From the human T2T-CHM13v2.0 reference genome, Homo sapiens, in assembly GCF_009914755.1 (NCBI RefSeq), contig NC_060925.1: a DNA stretch of 64,000 bases. The stretch is one strand, 5' to 3'. Positions 37,805-55,919 of this stretch are shown here, in pieces (the stretch's first letter is position 1; each line of letters opens with the position of its first letter). The position numbers were made by a program, and so were the translations under genes. The notes beneath the pieces were generated by a model. It was not told the DNA's origin, did no database searches, and saw nothing but the letters and a program-made list of their open reading frames with translations.

Positions 37805-37975
37805 CAGCTGACTCTTGAACAACATGGATTTGAACCACATGGGTCCATGTACATGCAGATTTTCTTCTGTCTCTGCCACCCTAGAGTCAGCAAGACCAGT
37901 ATCTCCAGTGAACATATGTTCTCTCATAATTTTCTTGATAACACTTTCTTTCCTCTAGATTATTTTAAGAATACA
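37805..37975 (+). mobile_element. Tigger2/MER28-like DNA transposon fragment
   Basis: cagctgactcttgaacaacatggatttgaac resembles the Tigger terminal inverted repeat. Confidence 0.65.
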
Positions 37976-38230
37976 AGGCACATTTATCCTCACATCACCG
38001 CTGCATCATGAGAACACAAAGTCTTGGTGTTGTTCACTCGTGTGTGTGCATGTGTCTTACGTGAGATATAGCTTGCTTTTTACTCTATGATGGGAAAAAG
38101 AAAAATAACAGTAGAAGCATCCTGCTACTAATTTACTAATTATGAAAAGTTCTACTAAACACTTTCCCTTACAGATCTGGAATTGTCCCTGCTGCTAGGG
38201 ATAAAGTCAAGATAAAAATTCTGGTCCTCC

Positions 38231-38540
<310 letters not shown>

Positions 38541-39801
38541 TCATAAGTATAAATGGAACTACAAAGAGTACCATGCTTGAGTGAGTGTTTCCCAGCTGTG
38601 ACAAGAGACGAAGATATGCAAGGCATGATTATCAAGTGATTCTGCATTTCAATACTTGACCTAATTCCAACAAAAGAAACTTCATGTGCTCACTGATTTT
38701 AAAAAATTACTTAGAAAGTATGTTCACAGGCATCCTTATGTTTCCCTACTACATTAAAAAAAACTGCTAAATGTTCACATAAAAGTAATCACCCACTTCC
38801 TAAAACACAGGATACAAGTAATAAAGGAAAATAAAATGTGGTAAGGTGCTTGCTCAGATTTGCATTTCCACAGTCATTCCTTGCCAGGAGACAGGGCAAG
38901 GACTAAAGGGAGAGTCAGAGGGGAAGAAACCAGGGTGAGACATGACCATCTATATCAGGATACAGGCCAATAAAAGTACAGAATAGGAAACTAATCTTGA
39001 AAAAAAGAAAACGAAAGCAAAAGCAGAATAGAATTCTGACCTAATTTGTTGTGCTGAGGGTGAAAAGTGGAGTTCAATTCCATGCTGTCTCATCACCAGC
39101 TAGGTAGATACTGATGTTGTAAACTGAAATTGAGAAAAGAACAAAGAATATGATAAGGAAAAGCAAAAAATGATCTTGGATACACAATCTGAAATTTCTG
39201 CAGTCAGATATGTGGGGATGTTCATCTGGAAATGATTCACAATCTAGAGCTCAGGAGAGAGATCTAAGCTCAAGGTAAAGATTTGAAAAGCAAACAGAAT
39301 TTCAGTGGTAGCTGAAGCCAGCAGCTTGAATAAAATAGCTCAAAGAGAACCTAAGAGATTGGAAGGACAAAAGGAGCAAGTACAGAATCTGAGGAAACAC
39401 TGATATTTACCAATGGAGGAAGAGAAATAGACCATGACAACTGAGAAGAAATAAAATCTATAAATATATTTCATAATATTCACAGGTTTATGAAAAAAGT
39501 CCTGTGATCACACAGACATCGAGAAGATATATTTAAATATATCATCCCATTTGTAATAAAAAGTCAATAAAAAAGGACACATGACATTCTTCAACGTGTT
39601 AAAATCAACATATCTTGGCCCAAAGAGCAGCTTCGTAGTTAATGAGGAAATACTGGAAGATACATATGCCCCATCTCTACAAATATTTACCACTGTACAA
39701 GAGGTACTGTTCAATTCAAATGAAGAGAAACAAAAATGAGAAAGACTATGATTTGCATGTAATTTAAACCTAGAAAACCCACGAGGATCTTCTTAAAACT
39801 A

Positions 39802-40128
<327 letters not shown>

Positions 40129-40499
40129 TCAATGTATAAACAGACTACAAGTGTCTTCATACATGTAATAACATTCCTATTACAACCACAGGACAACACA
40201 CCTAGCAGTACATTTAACAAAATTAGTATAGAGCTATATGGTGGCAGGGGGAAAAGTGAGGGATACGAAAGATAATTAAGCAAATAAAAAGATATATTAT
40301 GTTTATGAACAGGAAGAGTCTACATCACAAAGATGCCAATTTTCCCTAAGTCAGTGAAGTACTTTAATATCATCCTATGAAAATAACACATTCTTAGATA
40401 TTGATAAGCCAGAAGAACACTTATGTGGAAAATTAAACAAGAATAGACAGTGTGTGGTAGGTTATATTTCTGTTCACCTAAAACCTGGTCCTTCCTCCC

Positions 40500-40780
40500 T
40501 GTATTAGTCAGCTGTGTCTGCCATAACACATTCCACGGACTGGGTGACTTAAACAACAGAAATTTTGTTGCTCACAATTCTGGAGGCTGAAAAGTCCAAG
40601 ATCCAGATGCCAGACAAATCACTTCCTAATGAGGTCTCTCCTCCTGGTTTACATATGACACAGCCTTCTTGATGTGTACTCACATAACAGAAATAGCTAG
40701 ATCTCTCTCTTCCTCTTCTTATAAGACCATCAATCCTACTGGATTAAAGGTCTCAACTCTTATGACCTCACAAGAGGTCA
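40500..40780 (-). mobile_element. MaLR LTR fragment (MLT1-like)
   Basis: tgtattagtcagc...ttaaacaacagaaattt...ctcacaattctggaggctg. Confidence 0.75.
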
Positions 40781-40936
40781 CATGGGTGCCCTCCTAAGAG
40801 GGTACCTTCATAAAAAGGCAGCCACATTGGTAGTCAACATAACCAAAATCTAGACATGTAGTCAGCAAGTCTACATAACCAAACTGTAATAAAAACTTTG
40901 TTTTTTTTTTGTTTTTTTTTTGAGGCCAACATTTCT

Positions 40937-42769
40937 TTTTTTTTTTTTTTTTTTTTATTGATCATTCTTGGGTGTTTCTCGCAGAGGGGAATTTGGCAGG
41001 GTCACAGGACAATAGTGGAGGGAAGGTCAGCAGATAAACAAGTGAACAAAGGTCTCTGGTTTTCCTAGGCAGAGGACCCTGCGGCCTTCCGCAGTGTTTG
41101 TGTCCCTGGGTACTTGAGATTAGGGAGTGGTGATGACTCTTAACGAGCATGCTGCCTTCAAGCATCTGTTTAACAAAGGACATCTTGCACCACCCTTAAT
41201 CCATTCAACCCTGAGTGGACACAGCACATGTTTCAGAGAGCACAGGGTTGGGGGTAAGGTCACAGATCAACAGGATCCCAAGGCAGAAGAATTTTTCTTA
41301 GTACAGAACAAAATGAAAAGTCTCCCATGTCTACCTCCTTCTACACAGACACGGCAACCATCCGATTTCTCAGTCTTTTCCCCACCTTTCCCCCCTTTCT
41401 ATTCCACAAAACCGCCATTGTCATCATGGCCCGTTCTGAATGAGCTGTTGAGTACACCTCCCAGACGGGGTGGTGGCCGGGCAGAGAGGCTCCTCACTTC
41501 CCAGTAGGGGCGGCCGGGCAGAGGCGCCCCTCACCTCCCGGATGGGGCGGCTGGCCGGGCGGGGGGCTGACCCTCCCACCTCCCTCCCGGAAGGGGCAGC
41601 TGGCCAGGCAGAGGGGCTCCTCACTTCCCAGTAGGGGCGGCGGGGCAGAGGCGCCCCTCACCTCCCAGATGGGGCGGCTGGCCGGGTGGGGGGGCTGACC
41701 CCCCACCTCCCTCCCGGAGGGGGCGGCTGGCCAGGCGGGGGGCTGACCCCCCCACCTCCCTCCCGGACGGGGCGGCTGGCCGGGCAGAGGGGCTCCTCAC
41801 TTCCCAGTAGGGGCGGCCGGGCAGAGGCGCCCCTCACCTGCCGGACGGGGCGGCTGGCCGGGCGGGGGGCTGACCCCCCCACCTCCCTCCCGGACAGGGC
41901 GGCTGGCCGGGCGGGGGGCTGTCCCCCCCACCTCCTTCCCGGACAGGGTGGCTGGCCAGGCGGGGGGTGACCCCCACCTCCCTCCCGGACAGGGTGGCTG
42001 CCGGGCGGAGACGCTCCTCACTTCCCAGACGGGGTGGCTGCCGGGCGGAGGGGCTCCTCACTTCTCAGACGGTGTGGCTGCCGGGCGGAGGGGCTCCTCA
42101 CTTCTCAGACGGGGCAGTTGCCAGGCAGAGGGTCTCCTCACTTCTCAGACGGGGCGGCCGGGCAGAGACGCTCCTCACATCCCAGATGGGGCGGCAGGGC
42201 AGAGGCGCTCCCCACGTCTCAGACGATGGGCGGCCTGGCAGAGACGCTCCTCACTTCCTAGATGGGATGGCGGCCGGGCAGAGACGCTCCTCACTTTCCA
42301 GACTGGGCAGCCAGGCAGAGAGGCTCCTCACATCCCAGACGATGGGCGGCCAGGCAGAGACGCTCCTCACTTCCCAGACGGGGTGGCGGCCGGGCAGAGG
42401 CTGCAATCTCGGCACTTTGGGGGGCCAAGGCAGGCAGCTGGGAGGTGGAGGTTGTAGCGAGCAGAGATCACGCCACTGCACTCCAGCCTGGGCACCATTG
42501 AGCACTGAGTGAACGCGACTCCGTCTGCCATCCCGGCACCTCGGGAGGCCGAGGCTGGCGGATCACTCGCAGTTAGGAGCTGGAGACCAGCCCGGCCAAC
42601 ACAGCGAAACCCCGTCTCCACCAAAAAATACGAAAACCAGTCAGGTGTGGCGGCGCGCACCTGCAATCGCAGGCACTCGGCAGGCTGAGGCAGGAGAATC
42701 AGGCAGGGAGGTTGCAGTGAGCCGAGATGGCAGCAGTACAGTCCAGCTTTGGCTCGGCATCAGAGGGAC
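40937..42769 (-). mobile_element. SVA (D-like), lacking the 5' (CCCTCT)n hexamer
   Basis: Poly-T; SINE-R (attgatcattcttgggtgtttctc); GC-rich VNTR ~41455-42390; Alu-like domain to ggctcggcatcagaggga; TSD gaggccaacatttct at 40922-40936 and 42770-42784. Confidence 0.97.
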
Positions 42770-42812
42770 GAGGCCAACATTTCTGAGACTGGGCAGTTTA
42801 CAAAGGAAAGAG

Positions 42813-43125
42813 CCAAACTGTAATAAAAACTTTGAACACAGACTCGAATGAGATCCTTGTGTTGTCAATGTCCTGTGGGTACTGATATGTATTGTTGGCA
42901 GAAATAGACAATGACCACAAGGCTCCACAAAGAGCAAACAACTAGAAACTTGTGCCAGGTGGTTCACAGATCCTGTGCTATGCACCCTGTTCCTTGGTTA
43001 ATTTTATTTGAGCTTTTCATAGTAATAAATCATAACTGTGAATATAAAGCCTTTTCTAAGTTCTTAATTCCTTCTAGGATTACTGAACCTGTGGGTTTTC
43101 TTGGGGACACCCAAATTTGCAGCTG
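42813..43125 (+). mobile_element. MER21-like LTR remnant (host of the SVA cassette; continues left of 40900)
   Basis: aataaaaactttgaacac...cataactgtgaatataa...tactgaacctg...ttggggacacccaaatttgcag. Confidence 0.55.
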
Positions 43126-43506
43126 TTATCAGAAGAATCATAGGCTTGGGGACATCTAAACCTCTTACAGAAAAAAACAACATAGAGATAAGCACGCCAA
43201 GGGTATACAATGATAAAATTGTCACACACAAAAAAAGATAACAGAAATCTGGGTAAATACAAATAAACAAAACAATGGAAATGGTAGATATGTGAGTAAA
43301 CATATATATTAATCTTATTTCTGAACTCATTGAAAAGTCACTGACCCTTTGAAGCAAGAAAATAATGTATTGTGGAGTTTATAACATGTAGGAGTAAAAA
43401 GTATGATAAGCATGGAAGCTGGGAAGAGCTAAAGGGAAGCATCTTATAAAGTTTGTATATTATACATGAGATGGCATAATACTACTTGAAGGTAGCCTGT
43501 AAGTCA

Positions 43507-43690
<184 letters not shown>

Positions 43691-43949
43691 CAAAAAAGTT
43701 ACAACCAATAATCCAAGAAAGGCACTCATAGGTCATATAGAAAGAGAAAGTGGTCTAAATCTGGCATGGTAGCCATAATTTGCATATTTCTATTCAGTAT
43801 GAGTTGCTTCTGTGGAAGAAAGACTTGACTTGGTGTAGTTAAAAAGAGAGAGAGAGAGAATGAGATGGACAATCTGAAGCAAAGTCTAGAGTACAGGAAA
43901 TGTACATGTGACACAGATAGAAAATATTAAGTAGAGACAATAGACTTTA

Positions 43950-44255
<306 letters not shown>

Positions 44256-44270
44256 TAAAATACTTAAAAG

Positions 44271-48725
<4,455 letters not shown>

Positions 48726-50608
48726 TAAATACCAAAGGACATCATTAGTTAACAAATGCTAGACTAACTAGATACCAAAGCTTGCTCTGTGAAAAATCCC
48801 CACATAACCATTGAAGTTTACAACACCCTAAACCCTGCCACCTTGCTCCCAGTATCAGAGAGCCCAGTTAAACATAACTATGTAGAGGTATTAGACTCAG
48901 TTTATTCTAGTAGGCCCAACCTCCAAGACCATCGTTGAACATCAGTAGACTGGGAGCTGTACGTGGATGGGAGCAGCTTTGCCAACCCCTGCAAAGTGAC
49001 TCTGAAGAAGACCACAAACCCTGCTCCAGTCACATCTGGAAGCTGACTAGTCCACGCATGGCTGAAGCATGAGGAAACTCATCACAGGACTCATTTTCCT
49101 TAAAATTTAGACTTGTACAGTAAAGACTTCAACTGACCTTCCTCAGACTGAGGGCTGTTCCCAGAGTATACATCAAGTCACTGAGGTAGGACAAAAGGTT
49201 GCTACAGTCCTATTATTTTACAGTTATTATAAGTGTACTGGAACTCTAAAAAGAACTTGTTTTTATAATGTTATTCTATACAATTATTTATAATACAATA
49301 TACAAATAATGTATTTAGCCCAGGAAATGACCAACCTGATGTGTGTTATGACCCATCTGAGCCTCCCATGACCACAGTTTTTAAAATAAGATTAAGAACT
49401 GAAGACTGGTGGGGGCTCATAAACAATATGAGTAAAGTGTTAGCCAAAATAAAACAAAAAAAAGAGATGCCCAAACAAGTCACCTTAAAATTTGATGCCT
49501 GTGCTGTCATTAATAATAATAAATTAAAAATAGGATGTGGTTCTCTTAATTAGAAAATAGACTATATGGCAAAAAATAAGTACGTTTATCATGAATTAAG
49601 ACTGTGTGAAAATAAATGTAGATACTGGTCTTGTGTCATTTAGGCTACTTGAATAAAAAAAAAATGAAAAAATCCTGTCCACCTTCAGCAAGGGAAAACT
49701 GGCCCTTCCTATACCAGTGGTCAGTGTAATCCCTTAGAACTAGTTATAACCAACCCCCTTAATCCTTGCTAGATAAAAGAGAATGTATAACCCTGAAATT
49801 GATGGAGCTGGACTGGATCTTCAAGTAAATATCGTGGTTTGAGAAAAAGTTTATAAACACTCTCCTGAGCCAGTATTTCAAACCTTCTATGATGAACTGA
49901 ATATGCCAGTACCAGAAATTCCAGGAAAAACAAGAAATTTGTTCTTGCAATTAGCCGAGCATATAGCCCAGTCTGTTAATGTCACTTCATGTTATGTATC
50001 AGCACAAGTGTACTATATGAATCATTATCAACCTATTGCACAGGAAGACATAAGTAGTGAAAATAAGAGTGAGAACTCCCACTAATAAAAAGTGAGAGTC
50101 TCAAAGGGGGGAAATGAGAGAAGAGAGACAGACCCTCTCATATTGTTTTATATTATTTTATACTCAGAAAAGAAAAGAAAAACAAATGGCAGGTAGCCCA
50201 GCGCCTAGGAACCAGACCTGAAACCAAGGAACCAGACCTGAAATGAGGCCTGGGCCTGCCTGACCTAAGCCTCGTAGTTAAAAGTTGACCCCTGACTTAA
50301 CTGGTTATGTTATCTATATATTCCAGACATTGTATAGAAAAGACACTGTGAAACTTCCCAGTCTGTTCTGTTTCACTCTGACCACTGGTGCATGCAGCCC
50401 CTGTCACGTACCCACTCCTTGCTCAATCGATCACGACCCACTTATGCAGACCCCCTTAGAGTTGTGAGCCCTTAAAAGCGACAGGAATTGCTCACTCAGG
50501 GAGCTTGGCTCTTGAGACAGGAGCCTTGCCGATGTTCCCGGCCAAATAAACCCCTTCCTTCTTTAACTCGGTGTCTGAGGAGTTTTGTCTGCAGCTCGTC
50601 CTGCTATA
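48726..50608 (+). mobile_element. Second Harlequin/HERV-E 3' fragment with LTR2B/2C-type 3' LTR (50115-50608)
   Basis: Collinear with 14792-16726 of the first provirus; PPT aaaggggggaaa; LTR tgagagaagagagacagaccctctc...ctgctata. Confidence 0.9.
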
Positions 50609-52247
50609 TCTTCTTCTCCTTTGTCCCTCTTTTTCTCCTCTGTCTCTCTTTTTCTCCTCTGTCTCTCTCTCTCTCCTCACTGTCTCTCTCTCTCTCCTCT
50701 CTGTCTCTCTCTATCCTATCTCCCTCTCTCTCCTCTCTATCTCTCTCTCTTTCTCTCTTCCCCTAGGGTAGGGACCTACAGGAGTTGAGCTACTCTTTCT
50801 TCCCCTGAGAAGAAAGGAAGCGGGGGGTTGTTTCAGGTTCAACCCTTGAAATTAGCAGAATTCTCAACCCCTCAACACGAGGGATGTCTTGCCTTGCCTG
50901 TCCCAGAAGGCTCAACCCCTCAAACCAGGGGGTGTCTTGCCTTGCCTGTCCGGGAAGGCTCAACCCCTCAAATCAGGGGGCGTCTAACCTTTCCTGTCCT
51001 GGAAGGCTCAACCCCTCAAACCATGGGGTGTCTTGCCTGTCCTGGAAGACTCAATCACTCAAACCAGGGGGCATCTTGCCTTGCTTGCCCTGGAAGGCTC
51101 AACCTCTCAAACCAGGGGGTATCTTGCCTGTCCTGGAAGGTTCAACCCCTCAAACCAGGGAGTGTTTTGCCTGTCCTGGAAGGTTGACCTGTTTCTCCCC
51201 TTTCCTCCTCTGAAGGTCCTTTGCACACTTCCCACTCATGCCCTCCTCTCTGGCTGCTCCCCCAAGGTAGAATCAGGCCCTTTTTAGTGTTGGCATACCA
51301 GTATAAATCCTATGGCAGGATCCGCCCTAAGCCATATGAAGTAGCTATGGAACCACAGAGAGGACCCACTCACCCCATCCAGCAGGACTTGTCACCATCC
51401 ACATGAACAACACCGCAAGCAGGGTTGTTTGTGATCATTCACGCACACACACATTTAGCCCTCCAGAATTTGACCACCAAGGAAGTGCTTTACCGGCTCC
51501 CGCAGCTTCGCCTTCCTTGGTCAGTGCACAGAGTTGTCGCCACAGTATGTGAGGATCCTTTAAGCTAGGTTGCTGGCCAGTTTTTTTTTTTTTTCTGCAT
51601 TGCTGAGAGCTCGAGTTATTCCTTGCACTGGGTGGGTCTTGATTTCTCACCCCTGAGGCCGCCACAATAGGGCAGGGTGCACCTCCTCATGAGAGAGAAC
51701 CAGAGACCATCCTCGGAGGGGGATGTAATCCTAGACAAGCCCCCAAATTGTTATATATAAAGTTTTGGTGACACAAAAGAAATAGCACTCAAATATAAAA
51801 TTTTCTTTTTAATTCTCAGCAAGGCAAGTTACTTCTATATAGAAGGGTGCGCCCTTACAGATGGAACAATGGTGAGCGCACACTTGGACAAGGGAGAGGA
51901 AGGGGTTCTTATCCCTGACGCACGTGGCCTCTGCTGCTGTGTCATTCCCTTATTGGCTAGGGTTAGACCGCACAGGCAAAACTAATTCCAGTTGGCTAAT
52001 TTAAAGAGAATGACAAGGTGAGTGCTTTGGCAGGAGTCAGGGCAGAGCAGATAGCAGGTAATTGGAATGAGTTAGGGTGGAGCAGGTGATTGGAATGTAG
52101 GGTGGAGCAGGTGATCAGAATGAGTCAGGGTGGAGTAGGTAATCGAAAAAGGTTGCTTTACGAGAAAGTTAAGTTTAAAAGTAGAAGGCAAAGAATAGAA
52201 CATACTGACATATTCTTTGAAAAGAAATTTAGAACTCATATCTAACA
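50609..52247 (-). mobile_element. HERVIP10-type 5' end: LTR10F (51749-52247), PBS and leader
   Basis: Minus strand starts tgttagatatgagttctaaatttc; PBS tgggggcttgtctaggat (51728-51745) resembles tRNA-Pro; CT-rich leader. Confidence 0.85.
50864..51185. repeat. ~43-48-bp minisatellite, ~7 copies
   Basis: Repeating tcaacccctcaaaccagggggtgtcttgccttgcctgtcctggaaggc. Confidence 0.92.
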
Positions 52248-52816
52248 ACTCTAAGCCCCCAGGCCTCCCCCAACCATCTGAATGGACTTCTCTGCCAGGG
52301 CATTCCAAAGTTAACCAGAAAGACTGGTTCTGGCAGTGATGGGAAGTGAGGGTCAGACATGCCTCATTATAACCTCCAGCATTAACATTAACACAGACCT
52401 TAAGTCTGACAGAAAACATTTACGATCTATTCTCTCCAAAGACTGCTACCTGGAGGCTTCATCTGCATGATCAAACTTTGGTCTCCACAACCTCTTATCA
52501 TAACCCAGACATTCCTTTCTATTAATAATAACTCTTTCAACCAATTGCCAATTAGAAAACTTCTGAATCTACCTAGAACCTGGAAGCCCCACTTCAAATT
52601 GTCCCGCCATTCTGGACCAAACTAATGTATATCTTAAATGCATTTGATTGATGTCTCATATCTCCCCAAATATATAAAACCAAGCTGTGCTCCAACCATT
52701 TTGGGCACATGTTCTCAGGGTCTCCTGAGGGCTGTGTCACAGGCAATGGACACTCATATTTGGCTCAGAATAAATCTCTTCAAATATTTTACAGGGTTTG
52801 ACTCTTTTCATTGACA
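52248..52816 (+). mobile_element. MER4-group LTR (MER4D/E-like) missing its first bases
   Basis: ctaagccccc...catctgaatggac...ggctcagaataaatctcttcaaatattttacag...ttgaca. Confidence 0.75.
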
Positions 52817-53096
52817 AGAGTGTGTGTGTGGTGGATCTGAACTAGGAAAGAGGTCCTTCACAGGGTTTTCTTGGAGCCCCTGCCATTACTGCCCTTCCTC
52901 TTCAAACAGCAAAATGTGGAGTTTGAGTCATCGACTTGGTCCGGCCTTGAGTGGTGAAATGGAGGGTGGAGCAAAGTGGGGGTAGAGTTTGGGGGGTGGT
53001 GGGTAGGGGTGTGAGAGATTTCACTCTTGTCCAAGACCTCCTTCTGGTTTTCTGTTTTCCTAATGCATGCTCTGCCTTGTTCAGATTCCATTATCC

Positions 53097-54780
53097 TGTT
53101 AGAAATGCTTGTTCCCCAGTGCCACAAAGAAATCACACTCGAACATAAACTTAATTCTCTCAGCAAGGCCATTTTTACTTTCTGCAGAAAGGGTGCTCCT
53201 CGTGTTGTGGGAAGTCAGGAACCCTGAACGGAGGGACCAGCTGAAGCCATGGCAGAAGAACATGGATTGTGAAGATTTCATGGACATTTATTAGTCCCCC
53301 AAATTAATACTTGTATAATTTCTTATGTCTGTCTTTACTGCAGTCTCTGAACATAAATTGTGAAGATTTCATGGACACTTATCACTTCCCCAATCAATAC
53401 CCTTGTGATTTCCTATGTGTGTCTTTAATCTATTAATCCTGTCATCTCATAAGCTGAGGAGGATGTATGTCGCCTCAGGACCCTGTGATGATTGCATTAA
53501 CTGCACAAATTGTAGAACCATGTGTGTTTGAAAAATATGAAATCTGGGCACGTTGAAAAAGGAACAGGATAACAGCAATGTTCAGGGAACAAGAGAGATA
53601 ACCTTAAACTCTGACCGCCGGTGAGCCAGGCAGAACAGAGCCATATTTCTCTTCTTTCAAAAGCAAATAGGAGAAATATTGCTGAATTCTTTTTCTCAGC
53701 AAGGAACATCCCTGAGAAAGAGAATGAATCCCTGAGGGTAGGCCTCTGAAATGGCCGCTTCGGTGGGCGGCCGTCTTTTATGGTCGAGCTGTAGGGATGA
53801 AACAAGCCCCAGTCTCCCATAGCGCTCCCAGGCTTATTAGGACAAGGAAATTCCCGCCTAATAAATTTTGGTCAGACCAGTTGTCTGCTCTCAAACCCTG
53901 TCTCCTTAAAGATGTTATCAATGACAATGCATGCCTGAAACTTCATTAGCAATTTTAATTTTGCCCCAGTCCTGTGGTCCTGTGATCTCGCCCTGCCTCC
54001 ATTTGCCTTGTGATAGTCTATTACCTTGTGAAGCATGTGATCTCTGTGACCCACACCCTATTCATACACTCCCTCCCTTTTTGAAAATCACTAATAAAAA
54101 CTTGCTAGTTTTGCGGCTCAGGGGGCATCACAGAACCTGCTGACATGTGATGTCTCCCCCTGACTCCCAGCTTTAAAATTTCTCTCTTTTGTACTCTGTC
54201 CCTTTATTTCTCAGACCAGTTGACACTTAGGGAATATAGAAAAGAACCTACGTGAAATATTGGGGGTGAATTTCACCCAATATCTGGCTGAATTTTGCCC
54301 GATATCTGGCTGAATTTCCCCTGATATCCTCGCAGATGGAACAATGATGAGAGTACACTTGAACAAATGAAAAGCAGACATATTTATCCCTTATGCATTT
54401 GGGTCATCCTTCTGCTGTGTCCTGCATCCATTGGCTGGACCTGGACCTCACAATCTTAAACTGATACCTGATTTGCTAACAACCTGAAACTTTCCTAAAT
54501 AGGTAAGTGCAAGGGAGAACAAAAAAGGAGAGGAAATTGCTTATGAAAGGTTTAAAGAAGCAATAACATTTCCAAATAAGGAAGGGGCATGAGCTATGAA
54601 CTAAGACTTGCTGGGGCCTGTCCAGACATGCCTGAGTAAGGCAAAGCAACTAAGTGGGCTAAAGTGTAAGAACTAATAGTTGATAGGGGGCTTTAGAGCA
54701 AGAAGCTATTATCTCTAGTGTCTATTATTTTATTTTTAAACTAAGACGAGCTCTGAAGAGGAACTTTTCTACTTTCCACA
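53097..54780 (-). mobile_element. LTR10-family solo LTR split by MER11
   Basis: aattctctcagcaaggc...gggtgctcctcg | cagatggaacaatg matches the LTR10F at 51810-51870. Confidence 0.8.
53203..54326 (+). mobile_element. MER11 (HERV-K HML-8) solo LTR
   Basis: tgttgtgggaagtcagg...tttcccctgata; 6-bp TSD tcctcg at 53197-53202 and 54327-54332. Confidence 0.93.
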
Positions 54781-54867
54781 CTCTCTTATTCTACAATTGC
54801 CCCTCAGTGACTCCATTCTGTGGAACCTGGACGCTCAGCCTTGATCTTCCCAGGGCCCTCTTGCCCC

Positions 54868-55558
54868 TGTGAAAGGAAAATAAATCTCAAGACCCTAAAC
54901 TAAATAAGCCAAACGGAAAAGTCAGTCTGGGAACTGGGTCACACAAACCTGCCTCCCATTTCGTGTCTACATAAGATAGCTACAAAGATTTAAAAAAAAA
55001 AAAAAGCATCGCACCTCTCTCACAATTTGCCCACAAATTGTGGGCTCCAAGATTTTTACCCTAAAACAGTTCTGTTTCATTTCACCCTGACAATGTAAAT
55101 TGATAGCTTATATTCACAGGTATGGAACAAAGAACAGAACTCAAAGTCATCCCTCTGCCTGAGATATATGCATATCTGATTGCTTCCTGTGCCCTATGTT
55201 TATTTTATCTTATGCAAAAATGCAGATTCACCAAGCTAGATAAATGTGTGACTATTTCTCTACCCACCCCCCCAACGTAAATTGTGTATTCATTGAATGG
55301 CTGATCAAAGACTCAAAAGGATGCAACCGCTTGCCTCTTATTTACCCACACCCTTTTCACAATTCCTTCCTCAATCCCCAATACCCACCCTTTTCATTTT
55401 AAATGTTGAGGTCCCCAGATCCTCCTTGGAGAAACCATGGGCCACAGTTTTTCCCGTGGTTCTGTATTCTTTTCTATTCCACATCCTTAACCTTGGAAAA
55501 TAAACCTCTTAAAGTGATTGAGACTTGCCTTGGTCATTTTTTTTTTTTTTTTTTACAC
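54868..55558 (+). mobile_element. MER4-group LTR (MER4A-like)
   Basis: tgtgaaaggaaaataaatctc...aaacctgcctcccattt...aaaataaacctct. Confidence 0.7.
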
Positions 55559-55919
55559 CTCAGACTTGGAATCCCTAATCCCCCTTCCTCAGACTCCCGG
55601 ATCCCAGGGCTTTCTCTTAAACACCCATTGGTATCACATCTGGGGGTACCTTAAATACAGGACAGTGGGGAGGGGCTGGGTAGAGGGAAATGTTGCCTGA
55701 TATTCTGCCCTCTGGGATATGGATCATCATTTCCTCCCTTTGTGGGCCTCAGGCTTCTATCCATAAAAATGGAAATAGGAACACTCATTTGGTTGTGTAG
55801 ACCTTACCCAGAGCCCACCTCTAATAATATAAAGGCCAAGAATGCAATCCCCTTTTTTCCCCAAGAAGGTAAAGTCCTCAGAGCCAAGGAGAGAAGGCTC
55901 AAGGATGATAACCATGTAT

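Noticed and set aside
41424-42666. Many overlapping 70-180 aa ORFs
   Set aside because: They are products of the GC-rich SVA VNTR and Alu-like domain, with repetitive peptides in all frames.
50828-51287. Regular repeats with ORFs, superficially CRISPR-like
   Set aside because: Head-to-tail minisatellite without unique spacers, inside an ERV leader in a primate genome.
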